Below, in pieces: positions 58,001 to 64,000 of a DNA stretch of 64,000 bases (position 1 is the stretch's first letter; every line of letters starts with the position of its first letter). The notes beneath the pieces were generated by a model. The model made no database searches and was not told where the DNA came from. It saw only the letters and a list, made by a program, of their open reading frames with translations. Made by a program: the position numbers and the translations under genes. This DNA is from a virus (Duplodnaviria > Caudoviricetes), in the IMG/VR virus record IMGVR_UViG_3300033076_000375, positions 1 to 64,000 of that record. One strand, written 5' to 3'.

Positions 58001-61000
58001 GTCTACTGAGAATGAATTCGAGTTAACAGTAATATCAGATGCAAGCGGTAAACCTAGACCTGTCTTCAACAAAGAAGGGTCCAATGAGTACATAAACACA
58101 GAATCATAATTACCGGATTTTGCATTCATAAAGATGTGATTTCCATCACCAGAGATTGCAATAGATTCGCCTACAATATCAGATGCTGCGCCAGCCCAAA
58201 CAATAGTTTGTTCTAATACAGGCTGAGAGAAGCCATCTTCAGTTGCATCACGATAGATGAAAATTTGACTGATAGTTGAATGCGGAGCAGAAATAACAAT
58301 AGTCTTGTTTGCATGTTTGATTGCAGAACCGAAATTAGTACCTGAATATGTAATTGATGACTTTGGATAGTAAACACCATCATCCTTGATAGAAGCAAAT
58401 ACAGTTACAGTACCCTCGGTCTTATCACCGGCAAAGTACCCGATTCCAGGAACGTATGCGACTGCATCACCTAGACTAGATGTAGATGCTTTTTCACCAA
58501 CTTGAGTGTGCTTATAGTTCAATTCTTTCTTGAATACTTTCCAGCTTCCATCACTTGATTGGTCTACCCAGACTTTAGCAGGGTCATACTCACTGTGATT
58601 CAATGGTAGATATGGAATATCTCTAGGTGTGTTAACTCTGTAGCTTTGTAACAAGAACACTAATCCTGAACCAGTAACACTAGTTACAGTCGAATCAACT
58701 GATTTGTAAACAATTAAAGAAGTTAAGCTAGGAACAGATTCAACAACGTGGTAGCCGTCAAAACGTGTGTCGAAATTTTGCAAACCGATGACTTGATTTG
58801 TTAGAATTCCGTGAGGAGCATTGAAAACAATAGTAACAGTGCCATTCAAATTGTTAGAAGCTGAAACTACTTGAGATGCTACCGGAACTGGTGTGAATAC
58901 ATCCCACTTGTTATCTTTGTTTGCTACCCAAATGTAATCGTTTCTGTAGATAGCGTTGATTGCGGCATCATTAAAGTTATCAACTGAATAACCAGTTTCA
59001 ATAACATCGTCAAGATGTACATATCCTGCACTACGTAATACTTCATCAGTGTCTTTTGCTAATTCAGGTAAAATGAATTCATTGGCGAGAGTTCTACCAT
59101 AGTTTGTAACATCACTGAATGCAACTTCTTGGTCTACTCCATCTACACGGGTGTGACTAATCAATGATACTGTTGCAGGATTACTTGATAGTAAACTTTC
59201 TGACAAGCCAAACTGAACGTAATTGTGGTTGTTAATGCCACCGAACTCTGCGTTCTTGATAGCCCAATTTTCATGCACTGTATACTCAACATTTTCACCC
59301 TTGATAGATGCGTTGTTTAACATCGTAGAGGCAGAAGTGGTTCCTTTGACTGAAATCGCTTCAGAGTGCATCTTTACTTGTGATACAGATGACAAGTCTG
59401 CACTAGCCATATAATCACGAGGTCTGTAACCGATTAAAGAGAATCCCAACAAGTCAGAATCTACTGAAATATTAGAACTGTTTAAATCATAGAACATTGT
59501 AGATTCTAATGAGCGGGTTGATTGGTTAGGTAACATACGTTGTTGTACTAAATCGTATGAAGTCTTAACCCAATTTGAAGTCTCAAACGTACTAGATGGA
59601 TTTATGATTGACTTGTTAGCCATCCAATAATCATTCTTGTATTTTACTACTTGACCTTTGATATACTTTGCATTTTGCACCCAGTCAGTAATGCTATCCA
59701 ACGACATAATGAAGCCGGCATTGTTTACATAACCTTGCCACTCATCAGTCTTAGTTCCCTTGACATATAGGCGTTGCTGTCTTAGGCCGGTGACTAAATT
59801 TACAATAGTGTCACCAAATTCTGTTTTATTATCGAATACCACGATATGCTCGATTGAACCTACATGACCAGTGAAATAACTCAACGCATCACCTGCGTTC
59901 AATGCTTTGATTGTCAACTCAGTGCCATTGCGATGAATAGACAAATCAGTTAAAGAAATCGGTAATAAGTTTTGATTCAAAACAAAATTTTGTTTTGACA
60001 ATGTTAATGGCTCAACGATTGCATTCGGAGTATTGATACGAAGGACGTTGGCTGCTGGGTTGACGTTAACCGTGCTTCCAACATCCCATCCTGTTTGAAT
60101 CCAATACAATATTTCAGAAATCATTTGATCCCAATTTAGCTCAACACTATTTTCAGTGTCATCAAATTTCATACCTTGAGATTCTAAGAATAAGCCATAT
60201 CCCTTGACAAACTCTAACAAACTTTCAATAGTTTTAAACTCATGACCGTATGGAATAATAGCAGGTGTCGGAGAATACTTTGTAGCAATCTGTAGAGACT
60301 TTCCGTTTACTGACACGGTTTGATATAAACCAGAAATAGGGGTAAACACTTCAAAGAAAGCATTAGTTAGTTTGTTACCGTATACTCTATACCCGGCATC
60401 AGAGCGTTGGATAATCACTGATGTATATGTGATACTATCTACTGCTTGGTTTCTATGCAACAAGATGCTATAGCTATCTTCAGGAATCAAAGATGCTTTA
60501 GAAGAAGATGCTGAACTATTTTCAGTAAAGAACTTAATCATGTCTTTGTTAGTAAAGCCAGCAACGTTATAAGTCAAACGCACATCGGTGTTGTTGAACA
60601 AAGACTTGATATCTTCAGAACCAATCGAACCACTTTGATTTACATAATCAACAATCCAGTTAATATAGCTATGCGCAGCAGTAGTGTCATCTGTTCCATA
60701 GATTGTAATCTCAGGAGGTGAAATTCTATAACGCTCATTGGTCAAGAATTGATTGAACTTTGCGCTATATTGATAATAATCTAAATCAATGTTCAAGTTA
60801 AAGAATTTAGCAGGGGATTGTAATGCGATTACACGAACTAAATCAAAAGCCCATGCGCTTGATTTTCTGTAAGCGTATTCAGCAGGACCAACATCACCCA
60901 TCATCCACTGTTGTTTGAATGTACCAACATCATAGCTAGAAATGCAATTACCAAACGGAGATACTAAACGACCCTGAGAATCAACTGGAATTATTGACAT

Positions 61001-64000
61001 CAAACCAGGACGAATAGCTGTATCAACGATGTAGCTATTCCCGTTATTCCAAACATAACCGTTGGCAATATCTTGCCACATAATGAGGTTGTCGGATGTG
61101 TACGGAGCTTCCCCGTAATGACTATCCCACCATGTAGGTTTGATAGTTAATCCTAACATTTCCCATGGTGTGAAATGCGGAGTAGTTGTGTCATACAACC
61201 ACAAGTAAATACCTCTCCAACCACCGGCTGCTACAGTAGTGTTGTTTAGTTTAATTTTTGATCCAGAATAGTTCCAAGTCCAGTCATTAGACTGGTCGAA
61301 AGACTGTGATTTATAATCGATTCTATTCATCCCAACCCAATTCATAAATTGAGTCTCATATACACTACTGAACGTAGCTGTTTCATCAGTTGAAGTTCTG
61401 AAGAATCCCGGAACAACATCAGCATATTTGATAGGAGTAGTTTTATTCAACACTTTCAAGTTGTTGAACACACGTTGTTCAAATTCAAACAATACTCTAT
61501 CACGTGCATCAGTCAATACTCCGTTGTTATACTGACCGTACAAGCGGTTATATGAACCGTCATGTCCTTTGATGAACCAAGTAGGTGTCACATAGCTTGA
61601 ATCCAAAACTACTTCTGGGATGAAAGCAGGATATAGACCTAACTTAGTAGGTGTACTTGGAACAAACGAAGCATATGTTTGGTGATATTCATTGATTTCG
61701 ATTTTGTCACCAGGAACCAACTCTTTAGTAATTACTAGTTTTGCTTCATCAGCAGAAACTACATAATCAACAGTTCTAGTTAACTGAGTTGTTACAATAC
61801 CTGTTGCTTCTTTTCTAGTCAAGTAGACCAATACACTTGAGTAGTTTGCATTTTCAAAATCATATATTTTTGTTAGGTTAAATTCAGCATTGTCCAACAC
61901 TGACTTGAACGTATATACTTTTGAAGATGTTTTATTCTTAGCCGGCAACATGTCACTCCAGAAGAATGAATTAGTTGATGTTTTTGGTTCTGTAATGATT
62001 TCTACAACTTCATCTAGCAACCCACTTGCAGTATCGATATAAGTAAAGTCATTATTTTCTAATGTGTTTACTAGTAGTGCTTTGTACTTTGCGTATTCGT
62101 TGCTATTGAATGTAATTGCATCAAAGAAATTGAAGCCGTTATTACGCAAGAAAGCTGCTGGTAATGTTAACGGTGCGCTATTTTGAATGATGCGGGTACC
62201 GTAAGGAACAAGATTAGCTAAATCTCTAAAATTGTTTGCACCAAAGGCTTGACCTGTCAAGCCAGGTGCATTGTTAAACATTGTCTTGTAATGACCTCTC
62301 AAGTCACCCAATGTCAATGCAGTAATTTGCTCATTGTATGGATTGTGATCCAAGTTCAATGGAATTTGATAGTATCCAATTTGACTTGTTAAATCGCTCA
62401 ACAACATAATATCAACTGTAGTACCTACTGATGGGTAGTCAACTAATGTGACAGTCGTTGTTTTTCCGTCAGTAGTTATTGTATAGTCCGCACTTGACTT
62501 ACGAACATTGTCTACATAGACAACACTAGTTGCCCAAGCAGTATCAGAACTAGATTTTACAGGTACATCACAAATGAATGTAGGCTCAAAAGGAGTACCA
62601 GTGTAAACCATATTAAACACTTGATACTGGAAGCTTTCTTCAACCGCAGTCTGCCACCCTAACTGATATTCACCGTCGTTGACTACATAACCTGTTCTAA
62701 CATTCTCTGTTACTTCTTTGCCATTCAAGTTGTACACGAATGTTTCGCTGTTCAACGATACTGTAAATTCGATATCGCCAACGTTCTGAATGAAGTTGTA
62801 TTTTACAGGGAAGTGTAACTCAGGATCGTTTGCACCTGAACCGATACTATATTGGAACAATGTTGACCCGGAGAAAGTTGTAGATGGATAGAAATCCATA
62901 TCACTTAGACTATGTCCATTAGCGTCAACAATATCAAATAACGGCATCTGATTAACATAAGTCTTTTCTTGTGCAGGCAACCAAGATGAGCCATCGAAAT
63001 AATAAATCTTCCCAGACTTAGCACCTGAAGCAACTGTAACTTGATCCATGTACTTGGCTGTTTCAAATGGTGTTAATGTTAATTCTAGGTTTGTTATTAG
63101 ATACGAAGAACCAATGTTATCCCAGTTACTGACAGGGGCAGTAGGATATAAAAGAGTAACTTGTGTATTCGTAGAAGCGACAACTTTATAAGTTCCTTGG
63201 AAAGAACTATTTGCTCCGCTCACCATTGACAAGTATTTGCCTTTAGGAATAACAGTTTCTTGCGCAGGAATAGTGTATGTTACATTTGCACTACCGTCAC
63301 TGTTTACAGTAACGTCCGAACAATTTGTTATTACTACTTGTGCAGAATCAACAGTCTCAGAATAAAAAACTGAGTATACAGTAGTCTTTACCTCAGTGCT
63401 ATTATCATTTGCAAACAAGACTTTTGCACCATTGTACAAAGTACTTAGGGCGCCATCAGGTAAAAAGTCCAATGACCCGGCAACTGTTTTTAACGCATCT
63501 GTTTCTGTGAAATTAATATAAGTGATATTATTAACCGATGATGTGCCTGAATTCATCATCTTGAGATTAGGATAGAATTCAATAATTGGGCGCTTTGCCA
63601 TCAATTCAACATTACCCAAAGCACGTGATGCTAACTTTGCTCCGGGGTTGTGTTCTATGGTTGTTTTCAAAACATCGATATGGAACCAGCGATTGCCACG
63701 TGACCAAGCGTTTTTATTCTTACTATTACGAGCAATAGTAATATAATCTTTTTCGATAGGTAAGAATGTTGTTCCGTTGAAGGGTCCAACATCATATGGT
63801 TGTCCATCATAGTCAGAACTTTCTGCATAAGCAAAACGTTCAGGAACAATTAGTTCAGAGATAGGAACTAACTCAATACTTGTACCAACACCTTCAACAT
63901 AATATTGCCCTGTTGCATATTCTGTCGGATAGATATTACCTGCAAACTCAACTTTCAACCCGTTAGAAAAAACAACTCCGTTTGGGCTTGTGTAAGTTTG
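49091..64000 (-). CDS. Giant virion structural protein (>4,960 aa; baseplate wedge/tail-associated) with FG-GAP-like propeller repeats; 5'-truncated
   Basis: The frame stays open to the window edge (QTYTSPNGVVFSNGLKVEF). It contains FG.S......L.[IV]GAP repeats and S.DG..W (BNR-like) repeats. Confidence 0.8.
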   Translation of the reverse strand, partial: QTYTSPNGVVFSNGLKVEFAGNIYPTEYATGQYYVEGVGTSIELVPISELIVPERFAYAESSDYDGQPYDVGPFNGTTFLPIEKDYITIARNSKNKNAWSRGNRWFHIDVLKTTIEHNPGAKLASRALGNVELMAKRPIIEFYPNLKMMNSGTSSVNNITYINFTETDALKTVAGSLDFLPDGALSTLYNGAKVLFANDNSTEVKTTVYSVFYSETVDSAQVVITNCSDVTVNSDGSANVTYTIPAQETVIPKGKYLSMVSGANSSFQGTYKVVASTNTQVTLLYPTAPVSNWDNIGSSYLITNLELTLTPFETAKYMDQVTVASGAKSGKIYYFDGSSWLPAQEKTYVNQMPLFDIVDANGHSLSDMDFYPSTTFSGSTLFQYSIGSGANDPELHFPVKYNFIQNVGDIEFTVSLNSETFVYNLNGKEVTENVRTGYVVNDGEYQLGWQTAVEESFQYQVFNMVYTGTPFEPTFICDVPVKSSSDTAWATSVVYVDNVRKSSADYTITTDGKTTTVTLVDYPSVGTTVDIMLLSDLTSQIGYYQIPLNLDHNPYNEQITALTLGDLRGHYKTMFNNAPGLTGQAFGANNFRDLANLVPYGTRIIQNSAPLTLPAAFLRNNGFNFFDAITFNSNEYAKYKALLVNTLENNDFTYIDTASGLLDEVVEIITEPKTSTNSFFWSDMLPAKNKTSSKVYTFKSVLDNAEFNLTKIYDFENANYSSVLVYLTRKEATGIVTTQLTRTVDYVVSADEAKLVITKELVPGDKIEINEYHQTYASFVPSTPTKLGLYPAFIPEVVLDSSYVTPTWFIKGHDGSYNRLYGQYNNGVLTDARDRVLFEFEQRVFNNLKVLNKTTPIKYADVVPGFFRTSTDETATFSSVYETQFMNWVGMNRIDYKSQSFDQSNDWTWNYSGSKIKLNNTTVAAGGWRGIYLWLYDTTTPHFTPWEMLGLTIKPTWWDSHYGEAPYTSDNLIMWQDIANGYVWNNGNSYIVDTAIRPGLMSIIPVDSQGRLVSPFGNCISSYDVGTFKQQWMMGDVGPAEYAYRKSSAWAFDLVRVIALQSPAKFFNLNIDLDYYQYSAKFNQFLTNERYRISPPEITIYGTDDTTAAHSYINWIVDYVNQSGSIGSEDIKSLFNNTDVRLTYNVAGFTNKDMIKFFTENSSASSSKASLIPEDSYSILLHRNQAVDSITYTSVIIQRSDAGYRVYGNKLTNAFFEVFTPISGLYQTVSVNGKSLQIATKYSPTPAIIPYGHEFKTIESLLEFVKGYGLFLESQGMKFDDTENSVELNWDQMISEILYWIQTGWDVGSTVNVNPAANVLRINTPNAIVEPLTLSKQNFVLNQNLLPISLTDLSIHRNGTELTIKALNAGDALSYFTGHVGSIEHIVVFDNKTEFGDTIVNLVTGLRQQRLYVKGTKTDEWQGYVNNAGFIMSLDSITDWVQNAKYIKGQVVKYKNDYWMANKSIINPSSTFETSNWVKTSYDLVQQRMLPNQSTRSLESTMFYDLNSSNISVDSDLLGFSLIGYRPRDYMASADLSSVSQVKMHSEAISVKGTTSASTMLNNASIKGENVEYTVHENWAIKNAEFGGINNHNYVQFGLSESLLSSNPATVSLISHTRVDGVDQEVAFSDVTNYGRTLANEFILPELAKDTDEVLRSAGYVHLDDVIETGYSVDNFNDAAINAIYRNDYIWVANKDNKWDVFTPVPVASQVVSASNNLNGTVTIVFNAPHGILTNQVIGLQNFDTRFDGYHVVESVPSLTSLIVYKSVDSTVTSVTGSGLVFLLQSYRVNTPRDIPYLPLNHSEYDPAKVWVDQSSDGSWKVFKKELNYKHTQVGEKASTSSLGDAVAYVPGIGYFAGDKTEGTVTVFASIKDDGVYYPKSSITYSGTNFGSAIKHANKTIVISAPHSTISQIFIYRDATEDGFSQPVLEQTIVWAGAASDIVGESIAISGDGNHIFMNAKSGNYDSVFMYSLDPSLLKTGLGLPLASDITVNSNSFSVDGNATQTIKDGQRISFATSFAQLAPLAENFVPDRNDAVDNIRESFKLSGNQTSLLSNGDTVSFGNTHLKNTLFTVILSSYLPDEDKTMFYIEQQPVLMVGLTNGVPTQFPTINAGTMVYKVSFDDSAVYTVLTKSYVSATNKTIFYVQDKFNHSVPSGSQLYLATMNYELVSIISTSEVVGYVPGDNFGASIATNYDGTKLFIGAPKHNQSGSQIATGTMYAFDRLSQTFEVQRDIPKSSTHIVVLPWYPSISALVYKNGKRLRTNQYVLILNAIYFGHIGFDAGDIITIKDSKVVQTGSFINGAPDTLRSGQWFGYSMDCSSDGTELIVGAPYALTSDGYEGAVYRFTDPGKRYGMLVGVTPAALNEPTYLLLNGYKVNAFNVIGMQSSVTTNSTSVTLSVSDAKLLPASGVIRFRKNTNDTFDIAYNKVNPTTGVVSFGTVGYISGYTTPVNDSNAVVQDGTLVRLTGNITKGMSVSFTDVENVSGLMTIESYSLYQLDQANTVLYTGDLISGTTLTRLYASRSDAMSGTNPLQVQNINTGNAKTLYAEQFPYSVTCTSSDTQIYAPLGSATNIANKINESNITNIFAYATEDGRLVIRLRDMSLAPSMNKLNLSVFNGNFWTMLGMMPYPMTQTITSPHKEHNTKFGFSVKYNEANSFVVGAPTSTRFAATRFDYTDATTAHTDTAFDNNMTLWEESFTNAGAVYMYDYIDSYEEALDNMGKYVYSQPCNDTATVYGAAPMFGSSVDFNNNRVVVGSPGFDGTGGKVIILKNDVGTPNWSVHRTSEQVVDISKISKIQLFDNTTNVSEASLDYFDPLQGKLLSVVEANIDFTRSSDPAAYNNGDTTVTISWGADQVGKIWFNTANVRFYNYHQKSDVQYNSKYWGVVFPGSDVAVYTWVESNVTPALYTGTGTVLNTTQFSVSFTTDSTNALVPKYYFWVKNTNILSASLGKTLPDSAIATYIQYPQESGVPFVAPLRTNVFGLYNSADFINGGTTSIHIGFSTSNRDVSGHTEFKLISTNSTDFLPGLPDRKKGETEPYGLYAKYIDSFAGEDVIGATVPDASLPKLMQIGVSVRPRQSMFVDRLLALKNFIEYTNNVMSQYPVAETSAATFLHVATDTVDTTKYWDYAYWWATGYSEKTRPKFEVESLEDLKTIPVVENLIVSVSKNSNGNREVYTVKNSEWVRIGLENGTYQFLSTVYDYSPEGIGFGNGFFDLEMYDSNTATETRYIVRAINEQIFVGDLEHHRNKSLTLMFEYIQSENIESHNYLPWLNKTKFADVNYKVRTLKQTPKYIADETTLVEGYINEIKPYSVVIKEFVETYASTDVVNGTVTDFDLPAYYDFEAGKFVSPQVVFGVSSNPDQKAINDAVWGDYRYFDWMNNLGMSIKGGEAQHITNIVEYADATTTDIYVENAYTLPYQGIMFLGDEQIGYTSIDRHFGKLIGVTRGANNTPQSIHHIGTPVYMYTPDVFVLNPGKNYQLPPKITAYIDTSIYPEPRSEAIFEAVMQDDKVVGVTVIQPGEGYVTTPELIVEPSATYTFDNFSSDAVNANNLINTTESALFTSIDVSQNISSYDVVKVESITTGSPVIANGFYYVKVSQGSGNFILTFFETYKDAKTDKKGIQFNKDIITNGYVLNVHVTAQVLPTMKTTGVRGLKTTVKFDRVSYTSKVKEWKPNTYWSSPYSSLGNDASSSEESSASMILSSSQGVVLPITGVRNQDGFAVVGLDYTYSNIKPGQLDGALLQFYKVTPSYTPAIVDGTNGRAEIQIFRPKFGGNSLSEVYTIKIINPGSIYMNDYTIRISGSELGGQDGVNDATILIKYANENTGAILVASISGRAAGTFDEFYVKPVNDSEVNVYVDAGMIRRAPFNGFIWNGALNATQAFGETGNDYAYLPEPVVRDVFSRHDEVSLVSYAGVIWACKESNSDAEFDPAKWTAMTTADVAMTALERIDGFYQPTAGMVPKDHQQLLKGITYPNTVYFGNKFAPEDIVDEDVILTDNLFTNSEADVKGVVFVDTKYVAVATYQGSTFVLTQTVSGTWQSSKIIEKELPVTSFTCANEIYTITTSDDSNPLFVSFDGVRWIGVGERTTFDTLDYDDGSYDDSSLQVELGGILNSTVINDKFFTVGYKIDTSIGGLVWETQHQIGNKNRIHKELTDIAYVDTGSYTGYLAIGSQIIITSGADTPAPELETAALLLTSPDSINWTSVSPVTTEFIPVALVVTSEIVVVVCKSGKIVYTDNATTWIEASIIGDTVTADIIDVAYGNGMFLAITASDVILTSTDGMAWEQTISPVNSILTTVTFTNGNFVLTGTLGTICISSNCVTWENILIQTASDTTYVVKGNDFLFGYGPEELVAGVVTDTVNMTITSAPGAYWNRDGSEQFWYYASGFSMIQVKRVVDTTLTVTFDEVVANGAGASVFIVETDGSMTRMYENFTATALPYTYHVNWCTKTVTFDDDYLIGKTVLLELYEFGNAVERQRASTETMPLFDDINTGHSSINTGLPMLYGKDIEPVVYAQKQGEHLTRLTFGLDFSTYRNDEDHLILALGDTYDAATDYVVYSIVRTGKSTDDIDEHYVSLPETQFFTEGGTEFVISLEVTKLPIPNFRNSIPSAIVEVDGKRLRDLHDYLIDENTFTLTLLNEVDAGQVVAVTMFNGITRQYMSTAHETMSSDELTFSLTIPSPVALVPSPMAPIVYTNGQRAWVTVDGNRIDPSLVSFGDNNVMSVNYPVQAGQIVMATAMVSSAAPNEQTYRIEIDKHNNKVIRRMNTEDTTWLVAEINEADTEIRVAKAEYLVEAAQAHSTVEQLDDGTLYAFTNSFFSDVSGVMIFDVTKGLTVPYDFTHLKMIAGRPAVVFNDFVDVGDELTLTLYRGDTVEINGEKIHFTEVDLTNNLLLGITRGAYGTQIQTHHPVNSRIISLSSAKVMDSKYYDMLWTDSEIFEYHRFEIPLQLSNTEPAKFLRMNNI

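Noticed and set aside
63956-63958. Start of the giant gene at 63958
   Set aside because: That codon is TTG inside a frame that stays open to the window edge; the true start is outside the window.
1-64000. Genome-wide TAG reassignment (genetic code 15)
   Set aside because: Genes are intact in the standard code, including 4,960+ codons with no TAG; only one in-frame TAG was found.

Overview
This 64-kb window comes from a large, AT-rich, T4-related (probably jumbo) myovirus of a Gram-negative host; the tmRNA tag and gene layout weakly suggest a betaproteobacterium. From left to right it holds: (1) the 5' end of the large terminase and small virion genes; (2) a signal-peptide nuclease facing an i-/o-spanin pair; (3) an epimerase, thyA and dihydrofolate reductase; (4) a MoxR/vWA/HEXXH early module under sigma70 promoters; (5) a 16-kb plus-strand tail-fibre island with paralog arrays and a double 2OG-Fe(II) oxygenase; (6) an accessory region with rubrerythrin/rubredoxin, a beta-barrel outer-membrane protein, a CUA-anticodon tRNA and a circularly permuted two-piece tmRNA; (7) a glycosyltransferase/radical-SAM cluster; and (8) baseplate/tail genes ending in a 5'-truncated virion protein of more than 4,960 aa. 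The main discovery candidate is an amber-gated translation module. A CUA suppressor tRNA sits inside a reading frame on the same strand. About 1 kb away, a late gene with a strong RBS has an in-frame TAG at codon 5. None of the other roughly 60 credible genes stops at TAG, and a permuted tmRNA lies 1.5 kb upstream of the tRNA. Many promoters also sit 4-6 nt from the ATG, implying leaderless mRNAs. All calls come from reading the sequence by eye; no database searches were run.
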